A stretch of DNA of 64,000 nt, taken from the NCBI GenBank assembly GCA_035533075.1, contig DATLUO010000088.1, positions 4,139 through 68,138 on the forward strand, in the 5' to 3' direction. The position numbers were made by a program, and so were the translations under genes. The notes beneath the pieces were generated by a model that saw only the letters and a program-made list of their open reading frames with translations, was not told the DNA's origin and searched no databases. Shown in pieces: positions 51,887 to 63,500 of the stretch; within the stretch, counting starts at the first letter, position 1, and every line of letters starts with the position of its first letter. Origin of the DNA: Pirellulales bacterium. Lineage in GTDB: Bacteria; Planctomycetota; Planctomycetia; Pirellulales; JAICIG01.

Positions 51887-54800
51887 TCGATGTATAAAAA
51901 CTCGTTGCTATTGAACAGCACCCGGCAAAAGGCCGCCAGGCCGTGCTCGGCGACAAACGCCCGCGCCGCGGTCGTTTCATCCGGCCGAGGCGTGCGGGCC
52001 AGGGCCAGGCGATAGGCATGTTCGACTTGTGCCGCGACGTCCCTCCCCGACTCGTCGCGCAGCCGTTCGGCAAAACGATCCGCCATTCGCAGCACGAACG
52101 AGTCGTTCAACAGCGCCAAGGCTTGCAGCGGCGTGGTGGTGACCGCGCGCGACGGTGCGATCGTCGAGGGATCGGGACAGTCGAACACGTCGAGCAACGG
52201 ACTCGTGCCGGAACGAATCACGGTGCGGTACAGGCTGCGCCGCTGATAGGCGAAGCCTTCGGCATCATAAACTTCGTAGAACTGGCTGTTGTTGGTAAAC
52301 GTGCGGAAGTCGCGGTAACCGGCACCACCCATCGCCGGATTGAGCTGGCCCGCAACCGACAAGATGGCGTCGCGGAGTATCTCGGCTTCCAGACGCAACG
52401 GACTTTTTCGCCACAGCAGGCGATTGCCCGCATCGACGCCGGCCGCTTCGGGCTGATACGTCGCGGACCGGCGATAAGCGGCCGAGTGTACGATCTGGCG
52501 GTGCATTTGTTTCAGGCTCCATTTTTGCCCAACGAGTTCGGCCGCCAGCCAGTCGAGCAAGTCGGCGTGCGAGGGCCGGCCGCCGTTGAAACCGAAGTCG
52601 TTAGGCGTCTCGACCAACCCCACGCCGAAGTGAGACTGCCACAGCCGATTGACGATGACCCTCGCCGTCAACGGATTCTCTGGCGCCGCGATCCACTCGG
52701 CCAGCTTTGCGCGGCGCTGGTCCTCCGGGGCATCGGGCGGCAGCCCGAACTCCGCTTTGCTGGAAACGGCCGCCACGCCGCCGGGCGCCACGACATCGGC
52801 GGGTTGCCGTGTATCGCCGCGCCGCAACAGGTGGGTGACTTTCGGCTCGGAGGGAACCACCGCGTAGGCCGGGCCTCCGGCGAGCAAGCGGCGGCGGATT
52901 TCGACGAGCGACATTGCGAACAGCAATCGGTTGCGGTCGGACCGCTCTGCGGGCGTCAAGGCCGCCACGATCTCGTCGTCAGAAACCGTGGCGAGCGGTA
53001 CGCCAGCCGAGGCGGCGACTTCTTCGGGCGTCAATGCCCGATCGTAGAGCGCCGCACGCTCGATCGTGCCGGTGAGCATCTTGTTCGCGCCCGATGGCCC
53101 ATGCCGCAGGCCGAAGACCACCTGCGCCTCGCCCGGTTTGAACTTTTCCAGGGTCGTCGCCTGGTAGGGCCGACCGTAGGCGCGACCGTTGCGATAGACC
53201 GTGATCGTATTGTCGGCGGCATAGACCACGGCGACATGCACGAGACGTTCGGATGCCTCCGTCTCGGCCTCGCCACCGACATCCTGCGTGCGGACGAAAT
53301 TATTGCTGCCGGCCAGCCAGCGGCGGGCCTCTCGCTCGCCATACACGATCGAATCGAACTTCACGCCATCGAGCGACTGCACGCCGATCACGCCTCCGCC
53401 CCGCTGGTCCAGGCCGGCAAGTTGCACCCAGGCTTCGAGCGTCTTGGCCGCCAGCGTTTGGTCGATCGGCCGAGTGGCCGCGAATGCATCGCCGCCCGGC
53501 AACACCAACCGTCCCCCTTCAATTCTCGCCGCGCCGTGCAACTGAGCGTGCATCATGCCCAACTCGTCGTGTCCGTCTTCGTCGAATTCCCAGCGGGCCA
53601 CGGGTGCCGGCACGGCGATCGGCGCCGGCCGCCGATCGCCGAGCAATCGCTCGCGCAGCGGAGCGTCGATCGCTTCCAAACGGACCCGCAGGGCGGTCGC
53701 CTCTTCATCCAGTGAGGCGCGTAGTTGGTCGACCCTGGGGTGATTGCCGGGCAGTCGCGTCGTACGCTCGCCGTGCCGCACGCCGCTGAGCGCCGCCGCG
53801 ACGCGATAGTAGTCCGCCTGCGAAACGGGATCGAACTTATGGTCGTGGCAGCGGGCGCAATTGACCGTCAGTCCCAGGAAGGTCTGGCAAGTGGTGGCCA
53901 CCAGATCCTCCAATTCGTCCTGCCGCACGACGGCTTTCATGGCCTCGCTCTGTTGCGTCTGCCCGACTTCGTCCCAGGGTCCGGCTACCAGGAAACCGGT
54001 GGCGATGATCGCCCGCGGGTCGTCGGGCCGCAACACATCGCCCGCGAGCTGCAAGCGCACAAATTCATCGTACGGCAAATCCTCATTGAAGGCGTTCACG
54101 ACCCAATCGCGGTATTGCCAAGAAGTGGGCCGCAAGCGGTCGCGCTCGAAGCCCTGGCTCTCGGCGTAGCGCACCACGTCGAGCCAGTGCCGCGCCCACC
54201 GCTCGCCATAGTGCGGCGAGGCCAGCAGCCGATCGACCAGCTCCTCATAAGCTCGCGGCGAGGCGTCGGCGACGAACGCCTCGACTTCGGCGGGCGCCGG
54301 CGGCAAACCGATCAAATCGAAGGAAAGCCAGCGAATCAGCGTGCGTCGATCGGCCGGCGGCGAGGGCCGCAAGCCCGCCGATGCGAGCTTGGCCAGAATA
54401 TAAGCGTCGATCGGCTGAACGACTTCCTCTTGGCCGGGCACATCGGGAACCGGCGGCGCGACGATCGGTCGCAACGACCACCAGTCGATGCCTGCCCGGC
54501 GATCGGTGGTCAGCTTCAGCAAGTCGATGGGCCCACTGCCCCACTTCGCGCCGCCACTGATCCAAGCTTTCAACCGTTCCTTTTCCGCGGCGGTGAGCTT
54601 CGGCCCGGTTGCGGGCGGCTTCCGTGGCGGCGGCATCTCATCGCTTGCCACGCGCTGCCAAAGCAGGCTGGCTTCGGCGTCGCCCGGCACAACCACAGGG
54701 CCGCTATCGCCGCCCGCCGACAAACCCTCGGCCCGCGTCAGATCGAGGCCGCCTTTTTTGTCCGAAGGGTTGTGGCAGCCCAGGCAGTGCCGGCCCAAGA

Positions 54801-54969
54801 GCGGGGCAACGTGTTCGTCGAACGGCTTGCCAGGCGAAGGCTGATCGGCGCTCGCGGGCACAGCAACACCCGCCAGCAGCAGCGTCGCCAAGCCGAAGTA
54901 CAATACAAGCGGCGGCGCACTCCGGGGCCGGGCAGAACTGTGCCGGACACGATCGCCTGAAAAGCCCAT
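51883..54969 (-). CDS. PSD1/planctomycete cytochrome-c domain protein (PSCyt1 + DUF1549 + LamG-like + DUF1553)
   Basis: Within ORF 51883..55062, start at the ATG at 54969. LLGRHCLGCHNPSDKKGGLDL; IDAYILAKLASAGLRPSPPAD...SFDLIGLPP; VNCARCHDHKFDPVSQADYY. Confidence 0.85.
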   Translation of the reverse strand: MGFSGDRVRHSSARPRSAPPLVLYFGLATLLLAGVAVPASADQPSPGKPFDEHVAPLLGRHCLGCHNPSDKKGGLDLTRAEGLSAGGDSGPVVVPGDAEASLLWQRVASDEMPPPRKPPATGPKLTAAEKERLKAWISGGAKWGSGPIDLLKLTTDRRAGIDWWSLRPIVAPPVPDVPGQEEVVQPIDAYILAKLASAGLRPSPPADRRTLIRWLSFDLIGLPPAPAEVEAFVADASPRAYEELVDRLLASPHYGERWARHWLDVVRYAESQGFERDRLRPTSWQYRDWVVNAFNEDLPYDEFVRLQLAGDVLRPDDPRAIIATGFLVAGPWDEVGQTQQSEAMKAVVRQDELEDLVATTCQTFLGLTVNCARCHDHKFDPVSQADYYRVAAALSGVRHGERTTRLPGNHPRVDQLRASLDEEATALRVRLEAIDAPLRERLLGDRRPAPIAVPAPVARWEFDEDGHDELGMMHAQLHGAARIEGGRLVLPGGDAFAATRPIDQTLAAKTLEAWVQLAGLDQRGGGVIGVQSLDGVKFDSIVYGEREARRWLAGSNNFVRTQDVGGEAETEASERLVHVAVVYAADNTITVYRNGRAYGRPYQATTLEKFKPGEAQVVFGLRHGPSGANKMLTGTIERAALYDRALTPEEVAASAGVPLATVSDDEIVAALTPAERSDRNRLLFAMSLVEIRRRLLAGGPAYAVVPSEPKVTHLLRRGDTRQPADVVAPGGVAAVSSKAEFGLPPDAPEDQRRAKLAEWIAAPENPLTARVIVNRLWQSHFGVGLVETPNDFGFNGGRPSHADLLDWLAAELVGQKWSLKQMHRQIVHSAAYRRSATYQPEAAGVDAGNRLLWRKSPLRLEAEILRDAILSVAGQLNPAMGGAGYRDFRTFTNNSQFYEVYDAEGFAYQRRSLYRTVIRSGTSPLLDVFDCPDPSTIAPSRAVTTTPLQALALLNDSFVLRMADRFAERLRDESGRDVAAQVEHAYRLALARTPRPDETTAARAFVAEHGLAAFCRVLFNSNEFLYID

Positions 54970-55119
54970 CGTGCGGTCTCGTTGGTCGGGTCGTGGTGGT
55001 TCTGGAGTTTTTCCCTGCGACTGGTCATGTTCCAGGTTATCCGAACCGGCCCTCCGGGGCAAAGGGCCTTGGACAGCAATACGCCTGTGTCGCGTCGAAC
55101 AAATTCCAATTCCGTTCGG

Positions 55120-55884
55120 TCACGGGCCGCTTTTGGTTCTCCCGCGGTACAAATAGAGCGTGTGCTGCTCGCCGGTTTCCTCCGACTTCACCTCCACCGA
55201 GCTCGCCGGAACAAGCCCGTGAACCGGGAACTGATGCGCCACGATGCGCGAGCCGGGCCGCATGTTTTTCAACTGGGCGACAAGCTTCTCGTTCTGCTCG
55301 GGCAACAGGTAGAGCGTCACCACATCGGCCTTGGCCAGATCGACGCCGAACAAGTCCCCTCGCTCGATCGTCACGAGCTTCTCGACGCCTTGCTTTTTGG
55401 CCTCTTGGCGGGCGATGGCCACCAGCTCGGCATCGATGTCGTAGCCCAGCGCGCGGCAGCCGTACTGTTTGGCGGCGGCGATCACGGTCCGCCCGTCGCC
55501 GCAGCCCAGGTCGTAGACGACGTCCGTTTTGGCCACTTCGGCCAGTTCGAGCATCCGCTTGACGACGTCGTGCGGTGTGGGCAGGTAGACGCCGTTCGGC
55601 ACGCGAGGCTCCCGATCGGCGCCTGCGGCAGGCTCTCGCTCGGCGTCGTGCCGCAGTTTCGGCAATTCAACCGAGTAAGCGGGCGCTACGTCGGGCGGAC
55701 GGTCTAAACGCACGTCATAGCAGTGCAATCGCGTGTTGCTTCGTAGATACAGGCGGCCGCCGGCAATCACGGGCGACGTGCCGCCGCGCGCCGGTTCATG
55801 ATCGGGCACGGCAAATTCTCCTCTCGACCGGAACCCTTCCGAAGTTGCCGACAACAGAAGCGCTCGGCCCGCGCCCCCAAGCAA
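55120..55884 (-). CDS. Class I SAM-dependent methyltransferase whose ORF is N-terminally extended by a beta-propeller (PQQ-like) C-terminal remnant
   Basis: ORF 55120..55884. The methyltransferase core is YLPTPHDVVKRMLELAEVAKTDVVYDLGCGDGRTVIAAAK...VVTLYLLP. The first ~55 codons (LLLSATSEGFRSRGEFAV...SPVIAGGRLYLRSNTRLHCYDV) look like the last blade of a PQQ-type propeller protein. The true start is uncertain. Confidence 0.65.
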   Translation of the reverse strand: MLGGAGRALLLSATSEGFRSRGEFAVPDHEPARGGTSPVIAGGRLYLRSNTRLHCYDVRLDRPPDVAPAYSVELPKLRHDAEREPAAGADREPRVPNGVYLPTPHDVVKRMLELAEVAKTDVVYDLGCGDGRTVIAAAKQYGCRALGYDIDAELVAIARQEAKKQGVEKLVTIERGDLFGVDLAKADVVTLYLLPEQNEKLVAQLKNMRPGSRIVAHQFPVHGLVPASSVEVKSEETGEQHTLYLYRGRTKSGP

Positions 55885-56522
55885 ATGATGATCGTTTGCA
55901 CCAAGGCGCCCGTGCTGTCGGCTTCCGGCACTTGCCCGCTGATCGAACCGGGGCCAGTCCCGGCGTCGGCGATGTAGAGATTGCCGGCCGCGTCGATGGC
56001 CAGACCGGTCGGCGCAGACAGACCGTTGGCGGCGACCGTGAGCGCTCCGGCGGTTGTGCCGCCGGCCAGCTCAGACACTTGATTTCCGGCCTGGTCGGCG
56101 ATGGACAGGTGGCCGGCACTATCGAAGGCCAGGCCCGTGGGGCCCGGCAGGCCGTTGCTTCCCGCGACCACCAACACGCTCATCACGTTCGTGGTGGGAT
56201 TGAACTGCAGGACGTTGCTGCCGCCGAAATTGGCGATATCGAGATTGCCCGACGAGTCGAAGGCCAAGCCGATCGGCCCGTTGAGCAGCCCGCTGGCGCC
56301 GTTCAGAAACGAGCCGTTGGCGCCGCCGCTCGCGTGCTAGGCGAAGATATTGTCGGGCGAATCGCTGGCCACGACCAATCCGGCCCGGGCGGTGGCGGCG
56401 GGCAGAACCAGCCACGACCAGCAGGCCAGTGCGGCGAAACGTAGAACAAGGCGGAAAATCGGTTCAAATGCGCCTTGCCCGCGAATCTCATTCACCATCG
56501 AGGCGAGCTGGCGGGTGAACAT
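55767..56522 (-). pseudogene. NHL-repeat secreted protein interrupted by an in-frame TAG and 3'-disrupted
   Basis: Signal peptide (...LVLRFAALACWSWLVLPAATARA) followed by ...SDSPDNIFA, then TAG at 56337-56339. The same frame continues HASGGANGSFLNGASGLLNGPIGLAFDSSGNLDIANFGG...PTGLAFDSAGHLSIADQ...PTGLAIDAAGNLYIADAG. The 3' end runs into the propeller remnant. Confidence 0.6.
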
Positions 56523-56810
56523 GAGAGACAACCTTTTATGGGCGGTAGCCGGGTCGTCTAGCGAACTGGTCACGGTTGCGCCCCAAGAGCGCCGCCGGTT
56601 GAAGCAGAATTCCTTCATCCGACGGATGAGGACCGTCGGTTCGGGGAATCGCGTCGGCGGGCACGGTCCTACGGCGCGCGATTGCCAACGACGCGTTTGG
56701 CCAAGAAAAATGCGGTGGCTCCGTCGGTTCGGCGGGGGCAAAAGGGCCGGCGAATCGGGCCATCGGGCCCGCACCGCGGTTCATGATCCGCGGCCCGTTT
56801 CATCGCGGTT

Positions 56811-57533
56811 TCAGCCTTGCTTCCGCTTCATCCAGAGTAGGCTCGTCATGCCAACGAGCAGCAGGCCGAACGTGCCCGGCTCGGGCACCGGCGACGGCTG
56901 CTCGATCGTCACCGTGCCGGGCGTACTGGTGAACGGTGCATAGACTGCGTTAACGCCACCGTTGTCCGCAAACCCGGTATTCCCATCCAGTCCGCTTGGG
57001 TTAGCATTCGCGAGAGGAACCAGGCTGATAGTGAAGATATCGCCGGCAACCGGCGGCAACGAGGTCACGCTGGTCACCGGCAGAAACGCCAAGAGCTTGT
57101 CGCTGATGGCCGTCAACAGAACGTTGCTTCCGTCAGCCGTCGCATCGCCACCAATGAACGTGTCGTTGAGAACATTCGTGGTCGTCGCGTTGCCCAGATT
57201 ATTAAGGTCGAAGGTTTGATCAAAGCTGTTGCCGGCAAATACGTAGTTGGCGGCGGTGAACGTCGGATCGCTTGCGGGATCGAGCGAGTTCGTGAATTCC
57301 AATCTGGTCGGTCCGGTCGTCGCAATGCGAAACTCGAAACTAGTGCTCGCGATATTGGCGCCCGTGAGGTCGCCGGTGATCTCGACAGGCACATAGCCCG
57401 ATGAACCGGCGGACAACAGCAGGTCGCCCACCGACACGATGACTCCCGCCTGCGCGGCGGAATTGGCGGAAATCAGCAGAAGCGCCCAACAGGCAATCAG
57501 CGATCGAAGTCGAAACATGGGATACCTCTGCAA
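56811..57533 (-). CDS. PEP-CTERM-anchored protein with a cohesin-like N-terminal domain
   Basis: ORF 56811..57533. It has a signal peptide, a beta-rich ~190-aa domain (GYVPVEITGDLTG...FEFRIATT...) and a C-terminal VPEPGTFGLLLVGMTSLLWMKRKQG, which combines a PEP motif, a TM segment and a basic tail. Confidence 0.8.
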   Translation of the reverse strand: MQRYPMFRLRSLIACWALLLISANSAAQAGVIVSVGDLLLSAGSSGYVPVEITGDLTGANIASTSFEFRIATTGPTRLEFTNSLDPASDPTFTAANYVFAGNSFDQTFDLNNLGNATTTNVLNDTFIGGDATADGSNVLLTAISDKLLAFLPVTSVTSLPPVAGDIFTISLVPLANANPSGLDGNTGFADNGGVNAVYAPFTSTPGTVTIEQPSPVPEPGTFGLLLVGMTSLLWMKRKQG

Positions 57534-57592
57534 GTGTCAATCAAGTAATTCAGCAAAGAAATTCAGCACGAACGTTCAAGTGCTACCGTCTC

Positions 57593-60500
57593 TTAGTCGT
57601 CCAGGTGCAAACCGCTGGCCAGGTGTCGGCCGACCGATTTGGCCGCCAACAGCCGATCGTTGGGCGTCACGGCCCCGGCGCCGTTGATGTCGGCGTTGAG
57701 CAATGGATTGGCGGCGGTGGCCACCTGGCCCACCGCGGCGGTGACGGCCGCCACGTCGGCCTTACTCACCTGGCCGATCAGGTCGCCGCCGCTGGAGGAG
57801 CCGGTCGTCGCGACGCCGCCGGTGGCGTTGCCCGTCACGTCGCCGAAGAGACGATAAAAGTCCTCTTCGATGTCGTGTTTGCCCGTGCCGTCGGGGTCGA
57901 TGGTCAGCTTGTAATAGCCGTCGTCGAGAATCAGCTTCGTCCAATCGGCCAACAGGGCCGGCAGATTCTCGTTGCCGCCGATCCCGCCCGCGCCGAAATC
58001 GATCTCCATCACATGGTCGATCAGCGCGATGCGGTCCGTGAGGTCCACGTCGTTGATCAACGTCGCCCCGTCGAGTCCGTAGTGCGCGAGCCGCACGTGC
58101 GCGGCGTCGAGAGTCAGCGAGCTGACCGGCTCGTTGAACGTCACGTCGAGATAACGGATGTAAGACCGTTCGGACAATCCTTTCTCGACCACGAAGATGG
58201 TGGCCTGGGGCGCGGCGGGCACAGCGAACGTCTGCGTTACCGGCGGCGCGGAGTGCGACGTCTCGGCGATGCCGTTGCCGCTGATGCCCTGAATCGAGAA
58301 AGTGTAGGTGTGCTTCTGGCCGTCCGTCAGCCCCTGATATTCAGTTTGACCCGAGTAGACGCCCGCCACCGGTGTGCCGCCTGGGAGTGTGGCGATTTGT
58401 TGAATCGGGCCACCGTCGACCTGCACCGCCAGGAGAAAGGTCTCGATGCCGCTGCCGCCGGGGCTGGTTCCCGAATAGGCCAGCGTGAACGTGCCGACCG
58501 CGTTGGCGGCGTCGGCATTGATTTGCGTGATCGGCGGCGTGAGGTCGGGCACATAGGTGCTGGCCTCGATCACATTGGTGCCCTTGGCCTCGATGTTTCC
58601 GGCGGCATCGCGCGCCACACTGTGGAAGGCATAGGTGGTATTGCTTTGGGCGGTGAAGGTGGCCGTCAGTTTGCCGGCCGGCACAGTCGTCCACAGACTA
58701 AATGCGCCCAACGACGACGAGCCCGTTGGGGCCGAGGCGGCATAAATATCATAGGAGACGATGCCCGACGCCACACCGCCCGACACTGGGTCGGCGCCTG
58801 GATTTACCGTAACATTGAACGTCAGGCTCGACGCCCTTTGCGGCAGCGGCGCCACGGAACTGCCGGTGGGCGGGGTGGCATCCATCAACCAGCTTACGCT
58901 GGCGCCGCCGATGCCAAGATTTCCGCCGAGGTCTCGCACGTGGCTGGCGTCGACGGAGAGGATGTATGTTCCGTCGGCGGTCGTGAGCGTATCGAGGCCG
59001 GCGATGCGATAGGTGGCTGTCGTGCCGCTCACTAGCGAGATGGTCGCGCCGCTGTTGATCAGGTTTGTCCCGCCGTTGAGCGACAGAGTCACCGCGCTGA
59101 AGTCAAAGTTGGTCAGGTCGATCGGCTCCGAAAATGTCACATCGTCTGCGGCCAAGTCGACGTTGCGCGGCGAGGGACTGACCGGGCCAATCGAAACCAC
59201 GGTCGGGGCGGCGGCTTTGATCGTGAAGGTCGCCGGCGTCAATTCAAAGACCGTGCCATTTCCATTGTCGCTGCCCGACGTGGTGCCGTAGAAAAGGCCG
59301 CTACGGCTATCGAAAGTCAGAGGCGCGTAGGGACTGGCGCCGTCGGCTCCGTGGAATTCGACGAGGGTGTTGAGCACGCCGGCGGTGGGATTCAACTCGA
59401 ACACCGTGCCGTGGCCATTGTCGCCCCCTTGGGAGGCGGTACCGTAAAGATTGCCGCTGCCGTCCATGGTGAGGCCGGCGTATGGATAGGCGCCGTTGGC
59501 GCCGTTGAACATGGCGAGTGTCGTCAGGACCGTCGCGCCGTTGGTTTGGGTCAGCTCAAACACCGTACCTTCAGAGTTGGCGTCTCCGCCATAGTAGGTG
59601 GCGCCATAAAGATTGCCACTGCCGTCCATGATGAGGCCGGCGTAAGGAGTAGCCCCGTTGGCGCCGTTGAAGGTGGCGAGAGTCGTGAGCAGACCCTTGC
59701 TAGGATTCAGCTTGAAAACCGTTCCATCGGTGTCGCCGCCACCAGACGTGGTGGTGCCGTAGAGATTGCCGCCGCCGTCCATGACGAGACCGGCGTAAGG
59801 ATAGGCGCCGTCGGCGCCGCCAAAAGTGTAGAGGGTCGTGAGCGCGCTCGTGCTGGGATTCAATTCAAACACGGTGCCTTCGCCATTGGCGCCACCACCA
59901 TAGTACGTGGTGCCGTAGAGATTCCCGCTGCCGTCCATGATGAGACTGGCGTAAGGAGTAGCCCCGTTGGCGCCGTTGAAGGTGGCGAGGGTCGTGAGCA
60001 GGCCGGTGCCGGGATCCAGCTTGAAAACCGTGCCTTGATTGTGCGTGCCGTCGCCGAGCGTGGTGCCGTAGAGATGGCCGCCGCCGTCCATGATGAGACC
60101 GGAGTAAGGATAGGCGCCGTCGGCGCCGCTAAATGTGTAGAGGGTCGTGAGCGCGCCCGTGCTCGGATTCAGCTCGAACACCGTGCCTTCGCCATTGGCG
60201 CCACCGTTGTACGTCGTGCCGTAGAGGTTGCCCTTGCCGTCCGTGACGAGACCGGCATAAGAATTCGCGCCGCTGAAGGAGACGATGCTCGCGAAGGAAG
60301 CGGCTGTCGTGGCGCTGTTCCCCGCGTTGTCGGTGGCGGTGGCACGGGCCAGATAGCTGCCGACGGAGAGCGCCGTGGAAAACGTGTAATTGAACGGTGC
60401 GGCGGTTTCGGCGGGTCCAGCGTCAACCCACGAGACACCGCCATCGGCGCTGTATTGGAACTGAACGCTCGCCAGACCGCTGCCGCCGGAGTTGTCCGCG

Positions 60501-63500
60501 GCGATAGCCGAAAGCGTCGGTTGGTTTCCATTGACCGCGACCGTGATCGAGACGGTCGGGGCCTTGGTGTCGATCAGGAAGGTGACAAGATTGCTTTGCC
60601 CGAGATTGCCGGCGCCGTCCGCTTGGCTGGCCTGCGCGGTGTAGACGCCGTCCGGCAGCGCGCCAGACTCGGACGCGCCTGCCTGCACGGAATAAAAACC
60701 GCCGTTGGCCCTGGTCGGCAAGGTCTCTTCCAACGTACCGGTCGTGTCGGCGCCGCTGTAGATGTAGACGTTGATCCTGTTGGTGTCGCCGCTGGCGGCG
60801 CCTGCCACGCCGCTGATGGTTGGTTGGCCGTTATTGCCGACGCTGCCGGCCGCCGGGGACGTGATCGAGACGATCGGGGCCACCGTGTCGATGGTGAATG
60901 AGACAGGTACGGCGGTGAAGCTGTCGCCTGCGCCGTCGGTGGCGATCGCCTGCGCCTCGTAAGCGCCGTCGGGCAAAGGGCTGGTGAAAGAAAAACTGAA
61001 CGGAGCGGCCGTTTCAGCAACCCCGACATCGTTCCAGGTGATGCCGCCGTCACTCGTGTACTGGAACTGCACACTGTAGGCGCCGCCTGACGTGATCGCC
61101 GACAGGGTCGGCTCGTTATTGTTGGTGAGAGTGCCGTCGGCCGGCGCCGTCATGGTCACCGGCGACAGGACGGCGGCATTGCCCGCCGTGCTGGCCAGGA
61201 CATCGCCGGGGCTGTCGCTGACCGTCACGTCGATTGGATAGGAACCCGCCAGGGCGTAGGTCTGCGTGCCCGACACGTCGAAACCACCCGTGCTGTTGGC
61301 AGTGACCGTGCCGGCCGACGTTGCGCCGTCGCCCCAATCGATGCTGGCCGTGAAGTCACTGGCCGCGGCGGCCTGGTTGGTGTCGGTAAACGAGGCGACT
61401 ATGCCCGTGAACGGTATATTCGTCGTGGCCTGAATGTCGACGCCAATGCCTGTCAGGGGCGAAGGAGGCCCGACGTTGATGGTGAAGCTCCCATATTGTG
61501 CGTCGAGAAAATCGTAGAACGTCTGCGTCTGGCTGCCGGGCGAATTGAAGGTGTATCCATCGATCTGACCCACACCTGCGTAGACGTAGATATAGCCGTA
61601 ACCATATAGGTAAAGGTAGCCGTTGTAGGTGGTATCCAGCGCACTTCCGAAACGCGCGTCGAATTGCAGATTGAATGGCTGGCCGGCATGGACCTGGTTG
61701 ATGGAGTGGCCGGCCTGATCGAAGGTGGCGACGGTGATGACGCGCTGAGCGCTCACGGTCCAAGAGAATGGCGCAGTCAGGGTCGTGACGCCGTTGGTGA
61801 GCGCGACGGTTACCGCGTCGACGCTGCTCTGCGACACCGCGATCGTGCCGCTGATGACGCCGGTGACCTTGTCGATGGTCAGACCGGTGGGCAGGCCGGT
61901 GGCGGAGAATTGCAACGGCTTGTCGTGGACGTTGGCGCTCTGAATCGGCAACGTGACCGCGTCGCCGTTGTTATTCGTTTGATTGCCAGGATTGACGAGG
62001 CTAAAGTCAGGCGCGACCGTCCACCGGAAGGTGGTCAGCGCGGTGCTCGTTCCGTCCGTGGCGGTAATCGTGACCTGGTAAGGCGTGTCGGCGACCGCTC
62101 GATCAGTGATGGTTCCGGAAATCGAGCCGGAATGGGCGTCAATGTTCAGACCATCGGGCAAGCCGCTGGCCGCGAACGTCAACAGGTTTTCGCCCACTGT
62201 CGCTCCCAGCGTGTGAATAGCGAGCGGCACGATGGTCGTTCCGGCCAGGCTTGTTTGATCGTCGATCTGAAAGAGGATGAGCGTTGCGTACTCGATGTTG
62301 GTCACCGGGCCCGCGACGCGGGGCGCCACGTCGTGTGCCAGGTCGAATGGTTCCGAGCCCGTCAAGCCGGCGGCCGAGTAATCGAGCGTGTCGAAGCCCG
62401 GTCCGCCGTCGAGATGGCCCGAGAGCGACCCGCTACGTTGGAATGCGAAGGTATCGGCGGCCATGCCGCCTTGCAGGCTGCCGACGCCGGCGAAAGAAAC
62501 ATTCCCATCGACCGTGCCGCTATCGGCGCCCGTGATTTGCCAGGAGTCGGCAATGTCTGGCCCGACGAGCAGGTTGCCACCGGAACCGCCCGCGATGGCG
62601 ATCGTGGCCCGCGTATCAAAAACTTTGATTAGGGCCGGAGCTAGGCCGGAAACCAGCGTGTTGCCGCTCTCGTCAAGCGACACGCCGATGGTTCGTCCCG
62701 TGCCGTCGGCGGAGTCGTCCACCACGACGGGCAATGGGGGCTGCGCGGAATTATTCGCCAGAATATCGATTTCGCCGTGAAGCGCCTGCACGCTGCCGGC
62801 GTTGCCCAGCGCCAGGTGCGTCGCCGGGCCGTCGCTGAGAGTCAGCGGACCATCGGTGCCCTGCACATAAAGCTGGGTGTAACCGGGGCCAATTGTGGTG
62901 CCGCCCGCGCCCGTGTCGGTCACCGTGAAGGAGCTACTGATTCCACCCGAAACGGCGAGGTGCGTGGTGGCGGCTTCATAGTCGATCTGCCCGGGGGCGT
63001 CATAAGGAGAATAAGTGCCCGTCAGCGCCTCGAAGCCATTGCCGGCGGCGGCCAGGTTGATGGCGGTTGGTGGATTGGAGTCGTTGTATGCGACCGTCAA
63101 ATCGGTGGAGTCGAGCGGTCGGGCCGGATCGGCTTCGACCGTGATCGGCGCGCCATCCGGGTAATAGCTGAAGAGCACATGAACCGCGGCGGCGCCGAAG
63201 ATCGCCAGCGATGGCGCCGTACTGAACGCGTCCTGCGTGACGTCGACCGTGCCGCCCGCCCCGGCGAAGAGTCGGGTGCCCACCGGGCTGTAGGTCACCG
63301 TGAAATGGCTCTGCGCGGCCCCCCGTATGTCGAGCGGGAGCGGCAGAGTGCGGTTGTTGAAGGCGTAGCCCAGGTAAATCGGGTGCGGCGTATCGAATTC
63401 GAGCGGATAATATCCAACGAAGTTGTTGTTTGCGTCGGTGCTCGCCGGCCCGAGTGAGAGGGTGCCCTGAGTGGGCATCGAATTAGCGTGATCGTCGATC

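Noticed and set aside
51943-54960. Plus-strand ORFs 51943..53715 and 53725..54960, and similarly 57605..59035 and 59351..60901
   Set aside because: They lie antisense to the PSD1 gene and the giant repeat gene, both of which carry strong family signatures. The translations are Arg/Gly/Ala-rich low complexity.
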